64,000 nucleotides of DNA. Origin: an uncultured Nitrososphaerota archaeon (GTDB taxonomy: Archaea > Thermoproteota > Nitrososphaeria > Nitrososphaerales > Gagatemarchaeaceae). Each line of letters begins with the position of its first letter. The first letter of the stretch is position 1. Both the position numbers and the translations under genes were made by a program. The stretch covers positions 160,001 to 224,000 of the forward strand of contig CAVRAG010000008.1 of assembly GCA_963718895.1 (NCBI GenBank), given 5' to 3'. The notes under the pieces are model-generated. The model did not search any database. It was given only the letters and a program-made list of their open reading frames with translations, and was not told the DNA's origin. Shown piece by piece: positions 38,510 through 47,114 of the stretch.

Positions 38510-39472
38510 TCACTTGCCAAGCTGGTCCGCGTTCAGCGCATTCGTGAGTACGCCCACTTCTCCTTGCATCCACGCTTGGAACGAGTAACTTGTCGGCTGG
38601 ATGGTCTCGGTGACCCCGACGATAGGTATCTCATTCTGCGTTGCAAGCTGTTTGATGCTCTGAGTGAGCGGTGTGACCGTCTGCTCGTTGTAAACGAGCA
38701 CGCGAACGGTCGAGTTGCCACCCTGCAGAAGAGTCTGGAACTGGGCCACACTCTGCGCGGGCGGCTCGTTCCCTTCGGCAACGGCGTCCATGAACGCCGG
38801 AGGGGAGACGACGTTGAGGCCCGTCGCGTTCGCCATGTAGACGAAGATGCTCTCGGTCGAGGCGACAGGCACCCCAGAGAAGCTCGACTTGATCAGAACC
38901 TCCTGCTTCATGTAGGACTGCCAGAGCGAAGCGTTGAGGGTGGCATACTGCTGGTGGAAGTAGGAGGCATCGGCCGGGTCGATCTTGACGAGGTCCTTGT
39001 ACATCGCCGCCACGGTGTCGTTCACGTAGTAGGGGCTGTACCAGAAGTGGGGATTGGTGACTACTGGCTGCTTGATCAGCTCCTGCACGTTCAGGACCGC
39101 CTGGGTCGGATTGTTCTCGGCAGAAATGATGCCCAGCGCCCACGTGTCATATCCCGCCCCATTGACGATCACGAACTGGGCGTTGTTTATCGCCACGGCG
39201 TTCGCAGGGTTGCTCTCGTACTCGTGCGGGTCTGTGTTGGGATCCGAGACGATGCTGGTCACGTTAACGCGAGAACCGCCGAGTTGTGAGACGAGACTCC
39301 CCCAGAAGTTCTCTGCCGCCACCACCTGGATGGGAGTGCCCGACCCCTGACTGCTGGTCGCGCTCGAGGTGCCTCCTCCGGACCCGCGGTTCGAGAGATA
39401 GTAGCCCGCCGCAATTCCGCCCACGACCAGTATGACAACGACCACCGCGACGATGGCGATTCTCTGCTGCAT
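38510..39472 (-). CDS. Zn/Mn ABC transporter substrate-binding protein
   Basis: N-terminal membrane anchor, VVAAENFWG, DPHEYE, NPHFWY, YNEQT. Confidence 0.92.
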   Translation of the reverse strand: MQQRIAIVAVVVVILVVGGIAAGYYLSNRGSGGGTSSATSSQGSGTPIQVVAAENFWGSLVSQLGGSRVNVTSIVSDPNTDPHEYESNPANAVAINNAQFVIVNGAGYDTWALGIISAENNPTQAVLNVQELIKQPVVTNPHFWYSPYYVNDTVAAMYKDLVKIDPADASYFHQQYATLNASLWQSYMKQEVLIKSSFSGVPVASTESIFVYMANATGLNVVSPPAFMDAVAEGNEPPAQSVAQFQTLLQGGNSTVRVLVYNEQTVTPLTQSIKQLATQNEIPIVGVTETIQPTSYSFQAWMQGEVGVLTNALNADQLGK

Positions 39473-39495
39473 AGGGTTCGGTAAGACCGTGCCCG

Positions 39496-39526
39496 TTATT
39501 AAGTATTATTCATTACTTATTAATAA
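39496..39526. promoter_or_regulatory. AT-rich palindrome over the metal ABC promoter (putative metal-responsive operator)
   Basis: TTATTAAGTA-N8-TACTTATTAA imperfect inverted repeat 24-50 nt upstream of the start codon. Confidence 0.5.
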
Positions 39527-39677
39527 TCTGAGGTATGCCCTGAGTTTACTATTATCCTGTCAACGACCAATGATCAGAAGTTCATACCCGAGCCTTGATG
39601 GATGGTGCAGTCGAAAGGACGAGGGAATTCACGAATTCAACAACAAACTCAATATACATCTTCATCGGGGCGGCTAC

Positions 39678-41315
39678 GTGCCGAAGTACATTTTCGTCAC
39701 CGGCGGAGTCATGTCAGGCCTCGGCAAGGGCATAACGACGTCTTCTCTCGCGAAGCTGCTCCAGCTCTCTGGCCTCAGGGCGACCTGCCTGAAGATAGAC
39801 CCGTACCTCAACTTCGACGCAGGGACGATGAACCCGATAGCGCACGGTGAGGTGTTCGTCACCGACGATGGGGGCGAGGCGGACATGGATATCGGGAACT
39901 ATGAGAGATTCCTCAACGTCGACCTGAGCAAGGAGAACAACATAACGACTGGGCAAGTCTACAGGAAGGTAATAGAAGACGAGAGGAAGGGAAAGTACCT
40001 CGGCAAGTGCGTCCAGATCATACCTCACATAACCGACGAGATCAAGAGGAGGATCAGGGAGGTGGCTGCCAAGAGCGCGGCTCAGGTGGTCGTCGTCGAG
40101 TGCGGAGGTACGGTCGGAGACATCGAAAGCCAGCCGTTCATAGAGGCCTTCAGGCAGATGAGGCTCGAGGACGGGCTCAGGAACACCTACTTCATCCACG
40201 TGACCCTGGCGCCCCAGATAGACGTCGTCGGCGAGATGAAGACGAAGCCGACGCAGCACAGCGTGCAGGAACTCAGACGCATCGGAATCCAGCCGGACCT
40301 GATCATCGTGAGGGGCACAAAGGTCCTGCCGAAGGAGGCAAGGGAGAAGATAGCCCTGTTTACCAGCGTCCCACTTGAGAGCGTGATATCGAACCCCGAC
40401 GTCGCGTCGATCTACCAGGTACCCCAGGTCCTCTACGACGAGGGTGTGTTCAAGCCAATGGCGAGTCATCTTGGCATTAGGGCGAGGAAGACAGACCTCA
40501 CGGCCTGGAAGGCGATCTCCTCAAGGTTCGTCGACTTCGATGACACCCTCAGGGTGGCCATGGTGGGCAAGTACGTGACGCTCATGGACAGCTACGTCAG
40601 CGTCAACCAGGCGCTGCACCACGCCGCAGCCGCAAGGAACGTGGGTGTGGACATCCGCTGGATAGAATCGGAGGAATTCGAAGGAGACCCCGCTAGCCTC
40701 AAGGTCCTCGAGTCGGTCGACGGCATAGTTCTCCCGCAGGGATACGGGAAAAGGGGGACCGAGGGCAAGATAGCGGCCGCAAACTTCGCCAGGGAAAGGG
40801 GCATACCCCTGTTGGGTCTCTGCTTTGGATTCCAGCTTTCAATTGTCTCGTTTGCCAGGCATGTGCTGGGCCTCGCGGGCGCCAACTCGACCGAGATCGA
40901 CCCCCAGACCCCCGATCCTGTAATTGACCTGCTCCCCGAACAGAGAAAGATATCTGACCTCGGAGGCACGATGAGACTCGGCGGCCACGACATCACTCTT
41001 CTCAGGCCCAGTCTCGCGTACGAGGTCTACAGCAAGAAGACCATAAGAGGGAGGCACCGGCACCGCTTCGAGCTGAACCAGAGCTACTCCCAGAGGTTCG
41101 AAGAAGCCGGCCTGCACTTCTCTGCTTTCAGCGACGGTGGAAGGAGAGCCGAGATACTGGAGCTCAAGGACCACCCATTCTACATGGGGACCCAGTTCCA
41201 TCCCGAGTACGTGAGCAGGCCCGAGGTCCCGGAGCCGATATTCGTGGCTTTCATGAAGGCGGCGCGGACGAGAGCCGAGGGCAGCGCCAGAGAAAAGCTC
41301 AGGATTACGGCCTAG
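39678..41315 (+). CDS. pyrG: CTP synthase
   Basis: KYIFVTGGVMSGLGKG, KIDPYLN, KTKPTQHSV, GLCFGFQ, RHRHRFE, QFHPE. Confidence 0.97.
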   Translation: MPKYIFVTGGVMSGLGKGITTSSLAKLLQLSGLRATCLKIDPYLNFDAGTMNPIAHGEVFVTDDGGEADMDIGNYERFLNVDLSKENNITTGQVYRKVIEDERKGKYLGKCVQIIPHITDEIKRRIREVAAKSAAQVVVVECGGTVGDIESQPFIEAFRQMRLEDGLRNTYFIHVTLAPQIDVVGEMKTKPTQHSVQELRRIGIQPDLIIVRGTKVLPKEAREKIALFTSVPLESVISNPDVASIYQVPQVLYDEGVFKPMASHLGIRARKTDLTAWKAISSRFVDFDDTLRVAMVGKYVTLMDSYVSVNQALHHAAAARNVGVDIRWIESEEFEGDPASLKVLESVDGIVLPQGYGKRGTEGKIAAANFARERGIPLLGLCFGFQLSIVSFARHVLGLAGANSTEIDPQTPDPVIDLLPEQRKISDLGGTMRLGGHDITLLRPSLAYEVYSKKTIRGRHRHRFELNQSYSQRFEEAGLHFSAFSDGGRRAEILELKDHPFYMGTQFHPEYVSRPEVPEPIFVAFMKAARTRAEGSAREKLRITA

Positions 41316-41583
41316 CGAATCTAAGAACTAGTCGACTTCCCTTTTCGTCACACTGTCTGTCCTCGTATCCCCTATCCGCAAGCGCCGCCTCAACTGTTTG
41401 ACAACATGGTCTCTGCGCCGTTCCCTTGGACAACGCGAATCGCAAGACACTTCAAGCAATGACTCGAGAGACCACACGGCAAGCAAGCTGAGCGCGTCGG
41501 ATTTTCGCTTTGGAGTAGGGAAGTGCTGTCCCGCTTCGACTACTCCGAGGCGATCCGCCCGTGAGCGTTTCCCGCCGACGGCA

Positions 41584-43536
41584 CTACGGACCAGGGTGCG
41601 CAGTGATCATGTTCAACACCGCTGGTTGGCCGTTCTTGACCGCAGCGAGTCCCCTCTGCAGCGCCGGGACCACCTGAGCCGGATCGGTCACCTTCTCGCC
41701 GTAACCTCCCATGGCCTGACACACCATCTCGTATGAAGGCGCGACGTGCGAGGTCTTGGAGAGCGAGAGGTTGCTGCCCAGGTCCGACAGCCCGTTCGTG
41801 ACGGCGTAGCCCTTGGGATAGGCGCCTGTAAGAGCCGACTTCACGGCGCCCCAAGAGGTGTTGGCGTCAATCACGGTTAGGAACGGCAGGCTGTGTCTGG
41901 TTGCAGCGAAGAAGACCGCGCTCGGCACTCCGTACATGTACGCCCCATCGCCACAACCAGCGATGACGGTCTTGTTCGGTGCGGCGAGCTTGGCTCCGAG
42001 GGCCATTCCACCCCACTGGCCGAGTGTCGAGGAAGGCGCAGTACCAAGGTAGCTCCCCGGTTGCGTGACCGCCCAGGTTGCCGATGACGGGCCTATCTCG
42101 TTCACCAAGATGGTGTTGTTGTCGATCACTTGTCCCATGCAGTAGCCCACCCAGCTGGCGTTGATCGGAGTGTCGTTGGCGTGGCTCTGTGCGCTGGCGA
42201 TGGCGGCCTGCCACGTCGTGTTGTGGCTTGCCGCTATCGTGGCTCGACGATTGCTTATCGTGCCCTGCAGCGAGCTGTTCATGCCCACGATCTCGCTCGT
42301 CTGCTCCAAGATGGCGCTCAGAGCAAGGTCGGTGCGCGCGGTTATGCGCACGTCAGCCGGGAAGAAGGCGTCGAACGGGTATGGGTTGACGAAGAGCGGG
42401 TCGCTCGCTATCGTGATGTAGCTCGCGCTCGAGTTAGGGACTATGCCCGACGACTTCGTGTTCCACGGGCCTGCCGTGTCGATGGAGACTATGACGTCGG
42501 CTTGACTCAGGGGTATCGTCGCCGACATCGGGTCGGTGGTCGGGTAGTTGAGGAAGCTTCCAAGAGCGGAGCTCACAGGTATGGCAAGCTGGTTCGCAAG
42601 CATGACGAGAGGCGGGACCGCAAGCGGGTTCTTTCCGACGCCTGGACCCGTCGTGCTACCGCCCGTCAGTATCACAGGGTTCTTGGCGTTGGCGAGCAGC
42701 TGGGCAGCCTGCACCACCGCATCAGGGTCGGGTGCGGCCGGAGCCGATGGGGTGAACAGTTCCTGGGGCTGAATGGTCACGCTCGTGGCTGTGTCCGCGC
42801 CGAGGTCGCAGGGCAGCATCAGATAGACCGGTCCCTTCGGATCCGTCATCGCTATCTGCAACGCCCTGGCCACCACTCCAGGTATCTGGTCGATCGTCTT
42901 GAACTCGTAGTCGTATTTCACGTACTGCCTGATCAGGCCGCCCTGGTCGTAGCTCTCCTGGCCTTGTGGACCTTGGTCCGATAGCAGGTTGCCGGTCTCA
43001 GTCCAGGACCTCTTTCCACCGATGATTATGGCGGGTATCTGCTCCGTGAACAGGTTTGCGAGGTGCGCTTCGCTGTTGGACGGGCCTACGATGACGTGGT
43101 ACCCGAGAATCGCCGGGGTTCCGCTGATAGCGGCGTACCCCGCTGCCATCTCAGTGGCGGCGTTCTCGTGAGGAACCTCGAGTACTTGGGGGAACGGTTG
43201 CCCAGCTACTTGCCTCTTGGCGAAGGCGTCGATCAGCGCTGGCCAGTCTGTCCCGGGATTGAGCAGCCAGTAATTCAGCCCCAACGCGGTCGTCGCCTCT
43301 ACGAGCGCCTGCGCGCCGTTCTCAACCTGGATGACCTGTGGCTGCGTCCTGGGGAGCATGGCCTTCGCCTTTCTCGACGGTTGCTTTCTCTCTGCGCGGG
43401 GATCCGCGTGAACGGGGTGTCCCATGGATAAGGCCGCGGCCCCCACGCCTACAGCCCCCACGCCCATCGCTGCGGACTTCACGAATCCTCGCCTTGTGAT
43501 CTTGTTTGTCACTTTTTCCTCGAGAGTCTGAGTCAT
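41584..43536 (-). CDS. ThDP-dependent enzyme (acetolactate synthase/benzoylformate decarboxylase family) with twin-arginine signal peptide
   Basis: TRRGFVK plus hydrophobic stretch; NPGTD, PHE, GPVYL, ThDP motif GDGAY...DANTSW. Confidence 0.85.
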   Translation of the reverse strand: MTQTLEEKVTNKITRRGFVKSAAMGVGAVGVGAAALSMGHPVHADPRAERKQPSRKAKAMLPRTQPQVIQVENGAQALVEATTALGLNYWLLNPGTDWPALIDAFAKRQVAGQPFPQVLEVPHENAATEMAAGYAAISGTPAILGYHVIVGPSNSEAHLANLFTEQIPAIIIGGKRSWTETGNLLSDQGPQGQESYDQGGLIRQYVKYDYEFKTIDQIPGVVARALQIAMTDPKGPVYLMLPCDLGADTATSVTIQPQELFTPSAPAAPDPDAVVQAAQLLANAKNPVILTGGSTTGPGVGKNPLAVPPLVMLANQLAIPVSSALGSFLNYPTTDPMSATIPLSQADVIVSIDTAGPWNTKSSGIVPNSSASYITIASDPLFVNPYPFDAFFPADVRITARTDLALSAILEQTSEIVGMNSSLQGTISNRRATIAASHNTTWQAAIASAQSHANDTPINASWVGYCMGQVIDNNTILVNEIGPSSATWAVTQPGSYLGTAPSSTLGQWGGMALGAKLAAPNKTVIAGCGDGAYMYGVPSAVFFAATRHSLPFLTVIDANTSWGAVKSALTGAYPKGYAVTNGLSDLGSNLSLSKTSHVAPSYEMVCQAMGGYGEKVTDPAQVVPALQRGLAAVKNGQPAVLNMITAHPGP

Positions 43537-43540
43537 TTGC

Positions 43541-43570
43541 TTACAAATGTTTACAAGTGCAAACAAGTGT
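43541..43570. repeat. Three tandem 10-bp imperfect direct repeats
   Basis: TTACAAATGT TTACAAGTGC AAACAAGTGT immediately upstream of the ThDP enzyme start. Confidence 0.6.
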
Positions 43571-43801
43571 ATACGGCTTGTCCCGAACCAGTTAGGGGTG
43601 CCTCATGAACAGGCTCGATGGCAACTCCGGATGGATTAGCGACCGGTCGTCGGGATCGCTCCAGATTCCAGATGAGGGGGAATCAGAACAAGAGGTTGCA
43701 GATCTCGCCACTTCCCGTCGTTGCGCTACCGCCCTGCTCGATGTCGACTGTGTTGTTGCCGTAGCCTTATTTACATACCCTACCCCCACGACAACCCAAC
43801 A

Positions 43802-44428
43802 TTGGCGAGAACCAGTATCGCGGTCGATAAAGCGATTGCTGATTCCCTAGCCCAGGAAGCAGATAAGCAGAACAAGACGCTCTACGGGCTGGCTAACGAG
43901 TCTCTCGGGGATGTCTTGAAAATCTGGGAAGAAGGAGGGTCAAGCAAGGAGATATTCCCATCTTGGGACTTCGGCCGAATCCTAAAGGATACTGATTCGC
44001 TGCCGGTTCCAGGGGTTCTGATAGAGAAGATGGTGAAGAGAATGTATTCGGTAGACAGCAAGTGGTTGCTAAAGGCCATGTTCGATGAGGGTGTGAAGAT
44101 CGGCTCCTATCTCAAGATGCGCTTCCCTGATTTCGAAGACTTGATTCCGAGATTGTTTCAGCTTCAGGAGTTTCTCCCGGTTAAGAGGATCGAGTTTGAG
44201 CAGGTCGGCACAAGTACCGATAAAATGAAAATAGCCATTCGTATCCTAGGAATGGGTCCTTCTCTTGAGGCGACAGAGTGTACGAATCAATTCATCAAAG
44301 GTCTGTTGTCAAGGTATCCCTACAAAATAACTTACACCAGAATTACCGAAGGCATCATCGAGACCACGGTCACGAAGGAGGAGACCAAGAGGAAGACTCG
44401 AGCCGCTGCGCAGAAGTCGGTTGATTGA
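43802..44428 (+). CDS. Hypothetical protein with N-terminal ribbon-helix-helix-like segment (putative regulator)
   Basis: ARTSIAVDKAIADSLAQEADKQNKTLYGLANESL; AT-richer codon usage. Confidence 0.55.
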   Translation: MARTSIAVDKAIADSLAQEADKQNKTLYGLANESLGDVLKIWEEGGSSKEIFPSWDFGRILKDTDSLPVPGVLIEKMVKRMYSVDSKWLLKAMFDEGVKIGSYLKMRFPDFEDLIPRLFQLQEFLPVKRIEFEQVGTSTDKMKIAIRILGMGPSLEATECTNQFIKGLLSRYPYKITYTRITEGIIETTVTKEETKRKTRAAAQKSVD

Positions 44429-44601
44429 ACAAAAAGGCATGTCGTTCTGCATACCACCCTCCTCGAAAGAAACCTTGCGCGTCTCACATCAGGCGGGATC
44501 GAAATCCGCGATGCTCCGAGCCGGTGGTCCCATTGGTCCAGAAAAGCGGTCGGCTTACGAGAGGGCGGAAGATGTAATGTTGTGGGTGCGCTGGCACAGC
44601 C

Positions 44602-45534
44602 CTAGTGCTCCGCGAAGTAGGCGCTGGCGACCTTCAGGGCCAATCTGACCACGTCAACCGCATCGTGCGCGAAGAGATAGAGGCCCGGCTCAAGCCCTGG
44701 AGCCCCTGGATCGATGACCGCTTCTATGGGGCGGGTCGCCCGTCTTAGAGCTACGGTGAGGGAGCGAATCATCTCCGTGTCGTTTTTCACATTAGCCTCC
44801 TCGAGCACAATCGGACTCATCTTCATTTCGCGCAAAGCTCGCCGCATCTTCTGATCATACCTCACGTTCATCGAGGCCCTCATGGATCTATCGTGGGACA
44901 TCATCGCGAGCAGCACGTTCGCAACATGAGTGGACGCGCCGTATTCCGGCCTCATGAAAGATCGGGCCCTGCCCCCGACCTTTACGATTCTCCCTGGGAC
45001 AGCCACGATCTCCTGCACGGAGGAGGCTCCCTCCGAAGCGTACGCGATGTTGACGGAGACTTCCGGCATGATTCCCACGAACTGGTGAGAGCCCTCGACC
45101 ATCCGGACAGCCTCTGCCACGTGCTCTATCGCATCCCCGGAGCGGGTCTCGCTACCACCGAAGGCTTTGATGCAAACGTCGCACTGTGCTAGCTGTGGGT
45201 AGAGTGAGCGGTGCGGTCCGCACATGGAGCCCCTCCCCAGGATGTCTGACCAGAGAGAGTAGAGGGTATTGACGGCATAGACGGGGTTCTTCTTCAGGTC
45301 CTCTGCAAGCAGAGAGGCGTAGAGTCGGCCCTCCTCGTCAGAGATCCCCAGACCACGAAGGAGCTCGGCCGACCTTACCTCTGACCTTAGGTACAGGCTA
45401 ACCGAGGCTTGGGTCACGCCCATGAGGCCGGCTATCCTTCCCTGGGACAACCCCTCCTCGGAGAGGCGCTTGGCTACGGCCTGCCTCATCGCGGGCAGAA
45501 AGGAGTCCACCATCATCTCGCATGGCGGGTGCAC
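44602..45534 (-). CDS. HTH-ThiN fusion (ThiR-type thiamine regulator)
   Basis: PPCE..FLPAMR, LSQGRIAGLMGVTQASVSLY HTH; MPEVSVNIAY, AVPGRI, PEYGASTHVA ThiN domain. Confidence 0.85.
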   Translation of the reverse strand: MHPPCEMMVDSFLPAMRQAVAKRLSEEGLSQGRIAGLMGVTQASVSLYLRSEVRSAELLRGLGISDEEGRLYASLLAEDLKKNPVYAVNTLYSLWSDILGRGSMCGPHRSLYPQLAQCDVCIKAFGGSETRSGDAIEHVAEAVRMVEGSHQFVGIMPEVSVNIAYASEGASSVQEIVAVPGRIVKVGGRARSFMRPEYGASTHVANVLLAMMSHDRSMRASMNVRYDQKMRRALREMKMSPIVLEEANVKNDTEMIRSLTVALRRATRPIEAVIDPGAPGLEPGLYLFAHDAVDVVRLALKVASAYFAEH

Positions 45535-45542
45535 GCTACAAG

Positions 45543-45565
45543 TCACTTGTCAAGTGATTTATAAA
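45543..45565. promoter_or_regulatory. Perfect palindrome next to a palindromic TATA box (putative ThiR operator)
   Basis: TCACTTG-T-CAAGTGA followed by TTTATAAA between divergent genes. Confidence 0.55.
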
Positions 45566-45589
45566 CGGGATGCCGACCTACCCGATCAC

Positions 45590-46171
45590 TTGACTTTCTC
45601 AGGTCCGCGCAGGAGCCTGAAGCTTGCGGTGACGGCGGTCTTCGCGTCCCTGATTGCGCTTGGAACGTTCTTCTCCATCCCCGCGCCCATGCCCCTCTAC
45701 GAAATCACGTGGTCTCCGGCCATCTACCTGGCCCTGTCTGTTCTCGTTGACAGCGGGACCGCCTTCTCGGCGACCGCGATCGGTGGGTTCATAGGCGAAC
45801 TGATAAACATCACTTACAAAGGCGGATCTCCCATCTACCCGTTCGGCATGATCTGGGCCCGCGGCCCCGAGGTGCTGATAGTCATCTGGGGGGCCAGGAA
45901 GGGGACGAAGTGGCTAGCCGTCTCCATGGTGATAGCTACGGTTTTCGAGACCCTCGCCTTCTTCTTCCCTGACTGGTTGTTCTACAACTATGCGCTCTTT
46001 CAGTATCAGGTTCCGAGCGGCTCGACCGCGCTGGGGTTGGCAGCCTTCGATTTCGGGACACTAGTCGACGTCGCGTGGATCCCCGTGGCTTTCGGCATCA
46101 TCTATGCGGCAGGCCCTGCCTTCAAGAGGCTAGGATTCAAGTCAAACCTTCAAGAACCCAACAAGCCCTAG
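45590..46171 (+). CDS. ECF S-component-like membrane protein, possibly a thiamine (precursor) transporter
   Basis: LAVTAVFASLIALGT, AIGGFIGE; divergent from the ThiR-like gene. Confidence 0.6.
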   Translation: MTFSGPRRSLKLAVTAVFASLIALGTFFSIPAPMPLYEITWSPAIYLALSVLVDSGTAFSATAIGGFIGELINITYKGGSPIYPFGMIWARGPEVLIVIWGARKGTKWLAVSMVIATVFETLAFFFPDWLFYNYALFQYQVPSGSTALGLAAFDFGTLVDVAWIPVAFGIIYAAGPAFKRLGFKSNLQEPNKP

Positions 46172-46190
46172 GAGGGAGCGTTGATCTCGA

Positions 46191-47114
46191 CTGTCGACCG
46201 TTGACGTCGCCGCGAGTCTCATCAAGCAGCTGAAGGACGAAGAATGGCAGGCGCTCAAGGGCCTCGAGAAGTGCATGCTCGGCGGGAGGAACACCAACTT
46301 CGATGCTGTGGTGAGGATGAGTGGCCAGCCACCGCAAAGGGTCAGGTTCGCGCTCGACGAGCTGAGCGAGCGGAACCTGATAGGTTCCGCGGGCGAGAAC
46401 TACCTGGTCTACACCACAGCGCTGGACCTCCTCGCCCTGAAACACTACGCGGACAAAGACCACGCCATGGCCCTGGGGAAGCTCATCGCAAAGGGAAAGG
46501 AGTCTGACGTCTACGAGGTCCTTTCTCCCAGGAGTGAGCTTTTCGCCCTCAAATTCTTCAGGCTCGGCAGGACAAGTTTCAGGGACGTCAAGCGAAAAAG
46601 GTCGACGAGCAGCTTCGACGCGATAAGCTGGGTCACCAGCAACTACAAGGCGGCCAGGCACGAGTTCGCGGCTCTCCAGAGGCTCCGGAAGCTGACCGAG
46701 AACGTGCCGACAGCGGTAGATAGAGACAGGCACACGGTCCTACTGCATGAGCTTCCAGGGGTCAGGCTCTCACAGCGTCCGGAGCTCGAGGACCCTGAGG
46801 CCATGCTCTCGATGATCCTCCAGACAGCGAGAGAGGCGTACACGGTCTCTGGGATGATTAACGGCGACCTGAGCGAGTACAACATCCTGACCGACGGGCG
46901 GAGGGCCTGGCTCATCGACTGGCCACAGTGGGTCGGGCCTACCCACCCCAACGCCAACGAACTGCTTCGGCGCGACGTCTTCACTGTGCTGCGTTTCTTC
47001 GTCAGAGCATACGGCGTGAAGCTCGACGACGAGCGCGCGCTACGGTACGTCAGAGGCGAGGTGGATTCCCCGAAGCTCAGAAGAGGACGATCTTCGACTC
47101 GAGAATCAGGTTAG
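46191..47114 (+). CDS. RIO2-type Ser/Thr kinase (probable CTG start)
   Basis: N-terminal wHTH, GKESDVY, KFFRLGRTSF, GDLSEYNI, IDWPQ. Confidence 0.92.
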   Translation: MSTVDVAASLIKQLKDEEWQALKGLEKCMLGGRNTNFDAVVRMSGQPPQRVRFALDELSERNLIGSAGENYLVYTTALDLLALKHYADKDHAMALGKLIAKGKESDVYEVLSPRSELFALKFFRLGRTSFRDVKRKRSTSSFDAISWVTSNYKAARHEFAALQRLRKLTENVPTAVDRDRHTVLLHELPGVRLSQRPELEDPEAMLSMILQTAREAYTVSGMINGDLSEYNILTDGRRAWLIDWPQWVGPTHPNANELLRRDVFTVLRFFVRAYGVKLDDERALRYVRGEVDSPKLRRGRSSTRESG

